Shown: positions 26,331 to 40,300 of the stretch, in pieces
How the letters are laid out: the number at the start of each line of letters is the position of its first letter
How positions within the stretch are numbered: the stretch's first letter is position 1
Assembly (NCBI GenBank): GCA_964016885.1
Contig: OZ024764.1
Span: 28,210,001 to 28,274,000, forward strand
Reading direction: 5' to 3'
DNA: 64,000 nt
Source of the DNA: Eledone cirrhosa
Lineage: Eukaryota
Position numbers and translations under genes: made by a program
Notes under the pieces: generated by a model
The model's input: the letters and a program-made list of their open reading frames with translations, nothing else
What the model was told of the DNA's origin: nothing
Databases searched by the model: none

Positions 26331-27284
26331 CCAGTTGTCGCCTCCTTACAGCACTTCTAAGTGCTGTTTTGTGCAGGTCATAGAAGAGCGTATACATTTT
26401 TGTGGGACAGCCCGTTGTCGCCTCTATTCAGCACTTCTACATGCTGTTTTGGGCAGGTCATCGAAGAGTGTATACATTTTTGTGGGACAGCCCGTTGTCG
26501 CCTCTATTCACCACTTCTAAATGCTGCTTTGTGCAGGTCATCGAAGAGCGTATACATTTTTGTGGGACAGCCCGTTGTCGCCTCCCTACAGCACTTCTAA
26601 GTGCTGCTTTGTGCAGGTCATAGAAGAGCGTATACATTTTTGTGGGACAACCCGTTGTCGCCTCTATTCAGCACTTCTAAATGCTGCTTTTTGCAGGTCA
26701 TAGAAGAGCGTATACATTTTTGTGGGACAGCCCGTTGTCGCCTCCCTACAGCACTTCTAAGTGCTGCTTTGTGCAGGTCATAGAAGAGCGTATACATTTT
26801 TATGGGACAGCCCGTTGTCGCCACTATTCAGCACTTCTAAATGCTGTTTTGTGCAGGTCATCGAAGAGCGTATACATTTTTATGGGACAGCCCGTTGTTG
26901 CCACTATTCAGCACTTCTAAATGCTGTTTTGTGCAGGTCATCGAAGAGCGTATACATTTTTGTGGGACAGCCCGTTGTCGCCTCCCTACAGCACTTCTAA
27001 GTGCTGCTTTGTGCAGGTCATCGAAGAGCGTATACATTTTTGTGGGACAGCCCGTTGTCGCCTCCCTACAGCACTTCTAAGTGCTGCTTTGTGCAGGTCA
27101 TCGAAGAGCGTATACATTTTTGTGGGACAACCCGTTGTCGCCTCTATTCAGCACTTCTAAATGCTGCTTTTTGCAGGTCATAGAAGAGCGTATACATTTT
27201 TGTGGGACAGCCCGTTGTCGCCTCCCTACAGCACTTCTAAGTGCTGCTTTGTGCAGGTCATAGAAGAGCGTATACATTTTTATG

Positions 27285-30200
27285 GGACAGCCCGTTGTCG
27301 CCTCTATTCAGCACTCCTAAATGCTGTTTTATGCAGGTCATACAAGAGCGTATACATTTTTATGGGACAGCCCGTTGTCGCCTTTATTCAGCACTTGCAA
27401 ATGCTGTTTTGTGCAGGTAATCGAAGAGCGTATACATTTTTGTGGGACAGCCCGTTGTCGCCTCTATTCAGCACTTCTAAATGCTGCTTTTTGCAGGTCA
27501 TAGAAGAGCGTATACATTTTTGTGGGACAGCCAGTTGTCGCCTCCTTACAGCACTTCTAGATGCTGTTTTGTGCAGGTCATCGAAGAGCGTATACATTTT
27601 TGTGGGACAGTCCGTTGTCGCCTCTATTCAGCACTTCTACATGCTGTTTTGGGCAGGTCATCGAAGAGTGTATACATTTTTGTGGGACAGCCCGTTGTCG
27701 CCTCTATTCAGCACTTCTAAATGCTGTTTTGTGCAGGTCATCGAAGAGCGTATACATTTTTATGGGACAGCCTGTTGTCGCCTCTATTCAGCACTTCTAA
27801 ATGCTGTTTTGTGCAGGTCATACAAGAGCGTATACATTTTTGTGGGACAGCTCATTGTCGCCTCCTTTCAGCACTTCTAAATGCTGCTTTGTGCAGGTCA
27901 TCGAAGAGCGTATACATTTTTGTGGGACAGCCCGTTGTCGCCTCTATTCAGCACTTCTAAATGCTGCTTTTTGCAGGTCATAGAAGAGCGTATACATTTT
28001 TGTGGGACAGCTCATTGTCGCCTCCTTTCATCACTTCTAAATGCTGCTTTGTGCAGGTCATCGAAGAGCGTATACATTTTTGTGGGACAGCCCGTTGTCG
28101 CCTCTATTCAGCACTTCTAAATGCTGCTTTTTGCAGGTCATAGAAGAGCGTATACATTTTTGTGGGACAGCCCGTTGTCGCCTCCCTACAGCACTTCTAA
28201 GTGCTGCTTTGTGCAGGTCATAGAAGAGCGTATACATTTTTATGGGACAGCCCGTTGTCGCCACTATTCAGCACTTCTAAATGCTGTTTTGTGCAGGTCA
28301 TCGAAGAGCGTATACATTTTTATGGAACAGCCCGTTGTTGCCACTATTCAGCACTTCTAAATGCTGTTTTGTGCAGGTCATCGAAGAGCGTATACATTTT
28401 TGTGGGACAGCCCGTTGTCGCCTCCCTACAGCACTTCTAAGTGCTGCTTTGTGCAGGTCATCGAAGAGCGTATACATTTTTGTGGGACAGCCCGTTGTCG
28501 CTTCCTTACAGCACTTCTAAGTGCTGCTTTGTGCAGCTCATAGAAGAGCATATACATTTTTATGGGACAGCCCGTTGTCGCCTCTATTCAACACTTCTAA
28601 ATGCTGCTTTGTGCAGGTCGTAGAAGAGCATATACATTTTTGTGGGACAGCCCATTGTCGCCTCTATTCAGCACTGCTAAATGCTGTTTTGCGCAGGTCA
28701 TAGAAGAGCGTATACATTTTTGTGGGACAGCCCGTTGTCGCCACTATTCAGCACTTCTAAATGCTGTTTTGTGCAGGTCATCGAAGAGCGTATACATTTT
28801 TGTGGGACAGCCCTTTGACGCCTCTATTCATCACTTCTAAATGCTGTTTTGTGCAGGTCATCGAAGAGCGTATACATTTTTGTGGGACAGCCCGTTGTCG
28901 CCTCTATTCAGCACTTCTAAATGCTGTTTTATGCAGGTCATAGAAGAGCGTATACATTTTTGTGGGACAGCCCGTTGTCGCCTCCCTACACCACTTCTAA
29001 GTGGTTTTGTGCAGGTCATAGAAGAGTGTATACATTTTTGTGGGACAGCCCGTTGTCGCCACTATTCAGCACTTCTAAATGCTGTTTTGTGCAGGTCATC
29101 GAAGAGCGTATACATTTTTATGGGACAGCCCGTTGTCGCCTCTATTCAGTACTCCTAAATGCTGTTTTATGCAGGTCATACAAGAGCGTATACATTTTTG
29201 TGGGACAGCTCGTTGTCGCCTCCTTTCAGCACTTCTAAATGCTGCTTTGTGCAGGTCATCGAAGAGCGTATACATTTTTGTGGGACAACCCGTTGTCGCC
29301 TCTATTCAGCACTTCTAAATGCTGCTTTTTGCAGGTCATAGAAGAGCGTATACATTTTTGTGGGACAGCCCGTTGTCGCCTCCCTACAGCACTTCTAAGT
29401 GCTGCTTTGTGCAGGTCATAGAAGAGCGTATACATTTTTATGGGACAGCCCGTTGTCGCCACTATTCAGCACTTCTAAATGCTGTTTTGTGCAGGTCATC
29501 GAAGAGCGTATACATTTTTATGGGACAGCCCGTTGTTGCCACTATTCAGCACTTCTAAATGCTGTTTTGTGCAGGTCATCGAAGAGCGTATACATTTTTG
29601 TGGGACAGCCCGTTGTCGCCTCCCTACAGCACTTCTAAGTGCTGCTTTGTGCAGGTCATCGAAGAGCGTATACATTTTTGTGGGACAGCCCGTTGTCGCT
29701 TCCCTACAGCACTTCTAAGTGCTGCTTTGTGCAGCTCATAGAAGAGCGTATACATTTTTGTGGGACAGCCCGTTGTCGCCTCTATTCAGCACTCCTAAAT
29801 GCTGTTTTATGCAGGTCATACAAGAGCGTATACATTTTTATGGGACAGCCCGTTGTCGCCTTTATTCAGCACTTGCAAATGCTGTTTTGTGCAGGTAATC
29901 GAAGAGCGTATACATTTTTGTGGGACAGCCCGTTGTCGCCTCTATTCAGCACTTCTAAATGCTGCTTTTTGCAGGTCATAGAAGAGCGTATACATTTTTG
30001 TGGGACAGCCAGTTGTCGCCTCCTTACAGCACTTCTAAATGCTGTTTTGTGCAGGTCATCGAAGAGCGTATACATTTTTGTGGGACAGTCCGTTGTCGCC
30101 TCTATTCAGCACTTCTACATGCTGTTTTGGGCAGGTCATCGAAGAGTGTATACATTTTTGTGGGACAGCCCGTTGTCGCCTCTATTCAGCACTTCTAAAT

Positions 30201-31763
30201 GCTGTTTTGTGCAGGTCATCGAAGAGCGTATACATTTTTATGGGACAGCCTGTTGTCGCCTCTATTCAGCACTTCTAAATGCTGTTTTGTGCAGGTCATA
30301 CAAGAGCGTATACATTTTTGTGGGACAGCTCATTGTCGCCTCCTTTCAGCACTTCTAAATGCTGCTTTGTGCAGGTCATCGAAGAGCGTATACATTTTTG
30401 TGGGACAGCCCGTTGTCGCCTCTATTCAGCACTTCTAAATGCTGCTTTTTGCAGGTCATAGAAGAGCGTATACATTTTTGTGGGACAGCTCATTGTCGCC
30501 TCCTTTCATCACTTCTAAATGCTGCTTTGTGCAGGTCATCGAAGAGCGTATACATTTTTGTGGGACAGCCCGTTGTCGCCTCTATTCAGCACTTCTAAAT
30601 GCTGCTTTTTGCAGGTCATAGAAGAGCGTATACATTTTTGTGGGACAGCCCGTTGTCGCCTCCCTACAGCACTTCTAAGTGCTGCTTTGTGCAGGTCATA
30701 GAAGAGCGTATACATTTTTATGGGACAGCCCGTTGTCGCCACTATTCAGCACTTCTAAATGCTGTTTTGTGCAGGTCATCGAAGAGCGTATACATTTTTA
30801 TGGGACAGCCCGTTGTTGCCACTATTCAGCACTTCTAAATGCTGTTTTGTGCAGGTCATCGAAGAGCGTATACATTTTTGTGGGACAGCCCGTTGTCGCC
30901 TCCCTACAGCACTTCTAAGTGCTGCTTTGTGCAGGTCATCGAAGAGCGTATACATTTTTGTGGGACAGCCCGTTGTCGCTTCCTTACAGCACTTCTAAGT
31001 GCTGCTTTGTGCAGCTCATAGAAGAGCATATACATTTTTATGGGACAGCCCGTTGTCGCCTCTATTCAGCACTTCTAAATGCTGCTTTGTGCAGGTCGTA
31101 GAAGAGCATATACATTTTTGTGGGACAGCCCATTGTCGCCTCTATTCAGCACTGCTAAATGCTGTTTTGCGCAGGTCATAGAAGAGCGTATACATTTTTG
31201 TGGGACAGCCCGTTGTCGCCACTATTCAGCACTTCTAAATGCTGTTTTGTGCAGGTCATCGAAGAGCGTATACATTTTTGTGGGACAGCCCTTTGACGCC
31301 TCTATTCATCACTTCTAAATGCTGTTTTGTGCAGGTCATCGAAGAGCGTATACATTTTTGTGGGACAGCCCGTTGTCGCCTCTATTCAGCACTTCTAAAT
31401 GCTGTTTTATGCAGGTCATCGAAGAGCGTATACATTTTTGTGGGACAGCCCGTTGTCGCCTCCCTACACCACTTCTAAGTGGTTTTGTGCAGGTCATAGA
31501 AGAGTGTATACATTTTTGTGGGACAGCCCGTTGTCGCCACTATTCAGCACTTCTAAATGCTGTTTTGTGCAGGTCATCGAAGAGCGTATACATTTTTATG
31601 GGACAGCCCGTTGTCGCCTCTATTCAGTACTCCTAAATGCTGTTTTATGCAGGTCATACAAGAGCGTATACATTTTTGTGGGACAGCTCGTTGTCGCCTC
31701 CTTTCAGCACTTCTAAATGCTGCTTTGTGCAGGTCATCGAAGAGCGTATACATTTTTGTGGGA
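27285..31763. repeat. Near-tandem duplication with 2478-bp offset (31 monomers): ~27285-29285 vs ~29763-31763
   Basis: Private markers aggtaatcg (~27415/29893), cgcttccttac (~28499/30977) and atagaagagtgt (~29018/31496). ORF pairs 27321/29799 and 28841/31319. Confidence 0.88.
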
Positions 31764-34399
31764 CAGCCCGTTGTCGCTTCCCTACAGCACTTCTAAGTGC
31801 TGCTTTGTGCAGCTCATAGAAGAGCATATACATTTTTGTGGGACAGCCCGTTGTCGCCTCTATTCAGCACTTCTAAATGCTGCTTTGTGCAGGTCGTAGA
31901 AGAGCATATACATTTTTGTGGGACAGCCCATTGTCGCCTCTATTCATCACTGCTAAATGCTGTTTTGTGCAGGTCATAGAAGAGCGTATACATTTTTGTG
32001 GGACAGCCCGTTGTCGCCACTATTCAGCACTTCTAAATGCTGTTTTGTGCAGGTCATCGAAGAGCGTATACATTTTTGTGGGACAGCCCTTTGACGCCTC
32101 TATTCATCACTTCTAAATGCTGTTTTGTGCAGGTCATCGAAGAGCGTATACATTTTTGTGGGACAGCCCGTTGTCGCCTCTATTCAGCACTTCTAAATGC
32201 TGTTTTATGCAGGTCATCGAAGAGCGTATACATTTTTGTGGGACAGCCCGTTGTCGCCTCCCTACACCACTTCTAAGTGGTTTTGTGCAGGTCATAGAAG
32301 AGCGTATACATTTTTGTGGGACAGCCCGTTGTCGCCACTATTCAGCACTTCTAAATGCTGTTTTGTGCAGGTCATCGAAGAGCGTATACATTTTTATGGG
32401 ACAGCCCGTTGTCGCCTCTATTCAGTACTCCTAAATGCTGTTTTATGCAGGTCATACAAGAGCGTATACATTTTTGTGGGACAGCTCGTTGTCGCCTCCT
32501 TTCAGCACTTCTAAATGCTGCTTGTGCAGGTCATCGAAGAGCGTATACATTTTTATGGGACAGCCCGTTGTCGCCTCTATTCAGTACTCCTAAATGCTGC
32601 TTTGTGCAGGTCATAGAAGAGCGTATACATTTTTGTGGGACAGCCCGTTGTCACCTCTATTCAACACTTCTAAATGCTGCTTTTTGCAGGTCATAGAAGA
32701 GCGTATACATTTTTGTGGGACAGCCAGTTGTCGCCTCCTTACAGCACTTCTAAGTGCTGTTTTGTGCAGGTCATAGAAGAGCGTATACATTTTTGTGGGA
32801 CAGCCCGTTGTCGCCTCTATTCAGCACTTCTACATGCTGTTTTGGGCAGGTCATCGAAGAGTGTATACATTTTTGTGGGACAGCCCGTTGTCGCCTCTAT
32901 TCACCACTTCTAAATGCTGCTTTGTGCAGGTCATCGAAGAGCGTATACATTTTTGTGGGACAGCCCGTTGTCGCCTCCCTACAGCACTTCTAAGTGCTGC
33001 TTTGTGCAGGTCATAGAAGAGCGTATACATTTTTGTGGGACAGCCCGTTGTCGAATCTATTCAGCACTCCTAAATGCTGTTTTATGCAGGTCATACAAGA
33101 GCGTATACATTTTTATGGGACAGCCCGTTGTCGCCTTTATTCAGCACTTGCAAATGCTGTTTTGTGCATGTCATCGAAGAGCGTATACATTTTTGTGGGA
33201 CAGCCCGTTGTCGCCTCTATTCAGCACTTCTAAATGCTGCTTTTTGCAGGTCATAGAAGAGCGTATACATTTTTGTGGGACAGCTCATTGTCGCCTCCTT
33301 TCATCACTTCTAAATGCTGCTTTGTGCAGGTCATCGAAGAGCGTATACATTTTTGTGGGACAACCCGTTGTCGCCTCTATTCAGCACTTCTAAATGCTGC
33401 TTTTTGCAGGTCATAGAAGAGCGTATACATTTTTGTGGGACAGCCCGTTGTCGCCTCCCTACAGCACTTCTAAGTGCTGCTTTGTGCAGGTCATAGAAGA
33501 GCGTATACATTTTTATGGGACAGCCCGTTGTCGCCACTATTCAGCACTTCTAAATGCTGTTTTGTGCAGGTCATCGAAGAGCGTATACATTTTTATGGGA
33601 CAGCCCGTTGTTGCCACTATTCAGCACTTCTAAATGCTGTTTTGTGCAGGTCATCGAAGAGCGTATACATTTTTGTGGGACAGCCCGTTGTCGCCTCCCT
33701 ACAGCACTTCTAAGTGCTGCTTTGTGCAGGTCATCGAAGAGCGTATACATTTTTGTGGGACAGCCCGTTGTCGCTTCCCTACAGCACTTCTAAGTGCTGC
33801 TTTGTGCAGCTCATAGAAGAGCGTATACATTTTTGTGGGACAGCCCGTTGTCGCCTCTATTCAGCACTTCTAAATGCTGCTTTGTGCAGGTCGTAGAAGA
33901 GCATATACATTTTTGTGGGACAGCCCATTGTCGCCTCTATTCAGCACTGCTAAATGCTGTTTTGTGCAGGTCATAGAAGAGCGTATACATTTTTGTGGGA
34001 CAGCCCGTTGTCGCCACTATTCAGCACTTGCAAATGCTGTTTTGTGCATGTCATCGAAGAGCGTATACATTTTTATGGGACAGCCCGTTGTCGGCTCTAT
34101 TCAGTACTCCTAAATGCTGTTTTGTGCAGGTCATACAAGAGCGTATACATTTTTGTGGGACAGCTCGTTGTCGCCTCCTTTCAGCACTTCTAAATGCTGC
34201 TTGTGCAGGTCATCGAAGAGCGTATACATTTTTATGGGACAGCCCGTTGTCGCCTCTATTCAGTACTCCTAAATGCTGTTTTATGCAGGTCATACAAGAG
34301 CGTATACATTTTTGTGGGACAGCCCGTTGTCGCCTCCCTACAGCACTTCTAAGTGCTGCTTTGTGCAGGTCATAGAAGAGCGTATACATTTTTGTGGGA

Positions 34400-37300
34400 C
34401 AGCCCGTTGTCGCCTCTATTCAGCACTTCTAAATGCTGCTTTTTGCAGGTCATAGAAGAGCGTATACATTTTTGTGGGACAGCCAGTTGTCGCCTCCTTA
34501 CAGCACTTCTAAATGCTGTTTTGTGCAGGTCATCGAAGAGCGTATACATTTTTATGGGACAGCCCTTTGCCGCCTCTATTCAACACTTATAAATGCTGTT
34601 TGGGCAGGTCATAGAAGAGCGTATACATTTTTGTGGGACAGCCCGTTGTTGCCTCCCTACAGGACTTCTAAGTGCTGCTTTGTGCAGGTCATAGAAGAGC
34701 GTATACATTTTTGTGGGACAGCCCGTTGTCGCCTCCTTACAGCACTTCTAAATGCTGTTTTGTGCAGGTCATCGAAGAGCGTATACATTTTTGTGGGACA
34801 GCCCTTTGACGCCTCTATTCATCACTTCTAAATGCTGTTTTATGCAGGTCATCGAAGAGCGTATACATTTTTGTGGGACAGCCCGTTGTCGCCTTTATTC
34901 AGCACTTGCAAATGCTGTTTTGTGCATGTCATCGAAGAGCGTATACATTCTTGTGGGACAGCCCGTTGTCGCCTCCCTACACCACTTCTAAGTGGTTTTG
35001 TGCAGGTCATAGAAGAGCGTATACATTTTTGTGGGACAGCCCGTTGTCGCCACTATTCAGCACTTCTAAATGCTGTTTTGTGCAGGTCATCGAAGAGCGT
35101 ATACATTTTTATGGGACAGCCCGTTGTCGCCTCTATTCAGTACTCCTAAATGCTGTTTTATTCAGGTCATACAAGAGCGTATACAGTTTTGTGGGACAGC
35201 TCGTTGTCGCCTCCTTTCAGCACTTCTAAATGCTGCTTGTGCAGGTCATCGAAGAGCGTATACATTTTTATGGGACAGCCCGTTGTCGCCTCTATTCAGT
35301 ACTCCTAAATGCTGCTTTGTGCAGGTCATAGAAGAGCGTATACATTTTTGTGGGACAGCCCGTTGTCGCCTCTATTCAGCACTTCTACATGCTGTTTTGG
35401 GCAGGTCATCGAAGAGTGTATACATTTTTGTGGGACAGCCCATTGTCGCCTCTATTCAGCACTTCTAAATGCTGCTTTTTGCAGGTCATAGAAGAGCGTA
35501 TACATTTTTGTGGGACAGCCCGTTGTCGCCTCTATTCAGCACTTCTAAATGCTGCTTTTTGCAGGTCATAGAAGAGCGTATACATTTTTGTGGGACAGCC
35601 AGTTGTCGCCTCCTTACAGCACTTCTAAATGCTGTTTTGGGCAGGTCATAGAAGAGCGTATACATTTTTGTGGGACAGCCCGTTGTCGCCACTATTCAGC
35701 ACTTCTAAATGCTGTTTTGTGCAGGTCATTGAAGAGCGTATACATTTTTATGGGACAGCCCGTTGTTGCCACTATTCAGCACTTCTAAATGCTGTTTTGT
35801 GCAGGTCATCGAAGAGCGTATACATTTTTGTGGGACAGCCCGTTGTCGCCTCCCTACAGCACTTGTAAGTGCTGCTTTGTGCAGGTCATCGAAGAGCGTA
35901 TACATTTTTATGGGACAGCCTGTTGTCGCCTCTATTCAACACTTCTAAATGCTGTTTTATGCAGGTCATACAAGAGCGTATACATTTTTGTGGGACAGCT
36001 CATTGTCGCCTCCTTTCAGCACTTCTAAATGCTGCTTTGTGCAGGTCATCGAAGAGCGTATACATTTTTGTGGGACAGCCCGTTGTCGCCTCTATTCAGC
36101 ACTTCTAAATGCTGCTTTTTGCAGGTCATAGAAGAGCGTATACATTTTTGTGGGACAGCCCGTTGTCGCCTCTATTCAGCACTTCAACATGCTGTTTTGT
36201 GCAGGTCATCGAAGAGTGTATACATTTTTGTGGGACAGCCCGTTGTCGCCTCCCTACAGCACTTCTAAGTGCTGCTTTGTGCAGGTCATAGAAGAGCGTA
36301 TACATTTTTGTGGGACAGCCCGTTGTCGCCTCTATTCAGCACTCCTAAATGCTGTTTTATGCAGGTCATACAAGAGCGTATACATTTTTATGGGACAGCC
36401 CGTTGTCGCCTTTATTCAACACTTGCAAATGCTGTTTTGTGCATGTCATCGAAGAGCGTATACATTTTTGTGGGACAGCCCGTTGTCGCCTCTATTCAGC
36501 ACTTCTAAATGCTGCTTTTTGCAGGTCATAGAAGAGCGTATACATTTTTGTGGGACAGCCAGTTGTCGCCTCCTTACAGCACTTCTAAATGCTGTTTTGT
36601 GCAGGTCATCGAAGAGCGTATACATTTTTGTGGGACAGTCCGTTGTCGCCTCTATTCAGCACTTCTACATGCTGTTTTGGGCAGGTCATCGAAGAGTGTA
36701 TACATTTTTGTGGGACAGCCCGTTGTCGCCTCTATTCAGCACTTCTAAATGCTGTTTTGTGCAGGTCATCGAAGAGCGTATACATTTTTATGGGACAGCT
36801 CATTGTCGCCTCCTTTCAGCACTTCTAAATGCTGCTTTGTGCAGGTCATCGAAGAGCGTATACATTTTTGTGGGACAGCCCGTTGTCGCCTCTATTCAGC
36901 ACTTCTAAATGCTGCTTTTTGCAGGTCATAGAAGAGCGTATACATTTTTGTGGGACAGCTCATTGTCGCCTCCTTTCAGCACTTCTAAATGCTGCTTTGT
37001 GCAGGTCATCGAAGAGCGTATACATTTTTGTGGGACAGCCCGTTGTCGCCTCTATTCAGCACTTCTAAATGCTGCTTTTTGCAGGTCATAGAAGAGCGTA
37101 TACATTTTTGTGGGACAGCCCGTTGTCGCCTCCCTACAGCACTTCTAAGTGCTGCTTTGTGCAGGTCATAGAAGAGCGTATACATTTTTATGGAACAGCC
37201 CGTTGTCGCCACTATTCAGCACTTCTAAATGCTGTTTTGTGCAGGTCATCGAAGAGCGTATACATTTTTATGGGACAGCCCGTTGTTGCCACTATTCAGC

Positions 37301-40300
37301 ACTTCTAAATGCTGTTTTGTGCAGGTCATCGAAGAGTGTATACATTTTTGTGGGACAGCCCGTTGTCGCCTCCCTACAGCACTTCTAAGTGCTGCTTTGT
37401 GCAGGTCATCGAAGAGCGTATACATTTTTGTGGGACAGCCCGTTGTCGCTTCCCTACAGCACTTCTAAGTGCTGCTTTGTGCAGCTCATAGAAGAGCGTA
37501 TACATTTTTGTGGGACAGCCCGTTGTTGCCTCTATTCAGCACTTCTAAATGCTGCTTTGTGCAGGTCGTAGAAGAGCATATACATTTTTGTGGGACAGCC
37601 CGTTGTTGCCTCTATTCAGCACTTCTAAATGCTGCTTTGTGCAGGTCGTAGAAGAGCATATACATTTTTGTGGGACAGCCCATTGTCGCCTCTATTCAGC
37701 ACTGCTAAATGCTGTTTTGTGCAGGTCATAGAAGAGCGTATACATTTTTGTGGGACAGCCCGTTGTCGCCACTATTCAGCACTTCTAAATGCTGTTTTGT
37801 GCAGGTCATCGAAGAGCGTATACATTTTTATGGGACAGCCCGTTGTCGCCACTATTCAGCACTTCTAAATGCTGTTTTATGCAGGTCATACAAGAGCGTA
37901 TGCATCTTTGTGGGACAGCTCGTTGTCGCCTCCTTTCAGCACTTCTAAATGCTGCTTTGTGCAGGTCATCGAAGAGCGTATACATTTTTGTGGGACAGCC
38001 CGTTGTCGCCTCTATTCAGCACTCCTAAATGCTGTTTTATGCAGGTCATACAAGAGCGTATACATTTTTATGGGACAGCCCGTTGTCGCCTTTATTCAGC
38101 ACTTGCAAATGCTGTTTTGTGCATGTCATCGAAGAGCGTATACATTTTTATGGGACAGCCCGTTGTCGGCTCTATTCAGTACTCCTAAATGCTGTTTTAT
38201 GCAGGTCATACAAGAGCGTATACATTTTTGTGGGACAGCTCGTTGTCGCCTCCTTTCAGCACTTCTAAATGCTGCTTGTGCAGGTCATCGAAGAGCGTAT
38301 ACATTTTTATGGGACAGCCCGTTGTCGCCTCTATTCAGTACTCCTAAATGCTGTTTTATGCAGGTCATACAAGAGCGTATACATTTTTGTGGGACAGCCC
38401 GTTGTCGCCTCCCTACAGCACTTCTAAGTGCTGCCTTGTGCAGGTCATAGAAGAGCGTATACATTTTTGTGGGACAGCTCATTGTCGCCTCCTTTCAGCA
38501 CTTCTAAGTGCTGCTTGGTGCAGGTCATAGAAGAGCGTATACATTTTTGTGGGACAGCCCGTTGTCGCCTCCTTACAGCACTTCTAAATGCTGTTTTGTG
38601 CAGGTCATCGAAGAGCGTATACATTTTTGTGGGACAGCCCTTTGACGCCTCTATTCATCACTTCTAAATGCTGTTTTATGCAGGTCATCGAAGAGCGTAT
38701 ACATTTTTGTGGGACAGCCCGTTGTCGCCTTTATTCAGCACTTCTAAATGCTGTTTTGTGCAGGTCATCGAAGAGCGTATACATTTTTGTGGGACAGCCC
38801 GTTGTCGCCTCCCTACACCACTTCTAAGTGGTTTTGTGCAGGTCATAGAAGAGCGTATACATTTTTGTGGGACAGCCCGTTGTCGCCACTATTCAGCACT
38901 TCTAAATGCTGTTTTGTGCAGGTCATCGAAGAGCGTATACATTTTTATGGGACAGCCCGTTGTCGCCTCTATTCAGTACTCCTAAATGCTGTTTTATGCA
39001 GGTCATACAAGAGCGTATACATTTTTGTGGGACAGCTCGTTGTCGCCTCCTTTCAGCACTTCTAAATGCTGCTTGTGCAGGTCATAGAAGAGCGTATACA
39101 TTTTTGTGGGACAGCCCGTTGTCGCCTCTATTCAGCACTTCTACATGCTGTTTTGGGCAGGTCATCGAAGAGTGTATACATTTTTGTGGGACAGCCCGTT
39201 GTCGCCTCTATTCAACACTTCTAAATGCTGCTTTGTGCAGGTCATCGAAGAGCGTATACATTTTTGTGGGACAGCCCGTTGTCGCCTCTATTCAGCACTT
39301 CTAAATGCTGCTTTTTGCAGGTCATAGAAGAGCGTATACATTTTTGTGGGACAGCCCGTTGTCGCCTCTATTCAGCACTCCTAAATGCTGTTTTATGCAG
39401 GTCATACAAGAGCGTATACATTTTTATGGGACAGCCCGTTGTCGCCTTTATTCAGCACTTGCAAATGCTGTTTTGTGCATGTCATCGAAGAGCGTATACA
39501 TTTTTGTGGGACAGCCCGTTGTCGCCTCTATTCAGCACTTCTAAATGCTGCTTTTTGCAGGTCATAGAAGAGCGTATACATTTTTGTGGGACAGCCAGTT
39601 GTCGCCTCCTTACAGCACTTCTAAATGCTGTTTTGTGCAGGTCATCGAAGAGCGTATACATTTTTGTGGGACAGTCCGTTGTCGCCTCTATTCAGCACTT
39701 CTACATGCTGTTTTGGGCAGGTCATCGAAGAGTGTATACATTTTTGTGGGACAGCCCGTTGTCGCCTCTATTCAGCACTTCTAAATGCTGTTTTGTGCAG
39801 GTCATCGAAGAGCGTATACATTTTTATGGGACAGCTCATTGTCGCCTCCTTTCAGCACTTCTAAATGCTGCTTTGTGCAGGTCATCGAAGAGCGTATACA
39901 TTTTTGTGGGACAGCCCGTTGTCGCCTCTATTCAGCACTTCTAAATGCTGCTTTTTGCAGGTCATAGAAGAGCGTATACATTTTTGTGGGACAGCTCATT
40001 GTCGCCTCCTTTCAGCACTTCTAAATGCTGCTTTGTGCAGGTCATCGAAGAGCGTATACATTTTTGTGGGACAGCCCGTTGTCGCCTCTATTCAGCACTT
40101 CTAAATGCTGCTTTTTGCAGGTCATAGAAGAGCGTATACATTTTTGTGGGACAGCCCGTTGTCGCCTCCCTACAGCACTTCTAAGTGCTGCTTTGTGCAG
40201 GTCATAGAAGAGCGTATACATTTTTATGGAACAGCCCGTTGTCGCCTCCTTTCAGCACTTCTAAGTGCTGCTTGGTGCAGGTCATAGAAGAGCGTATACA

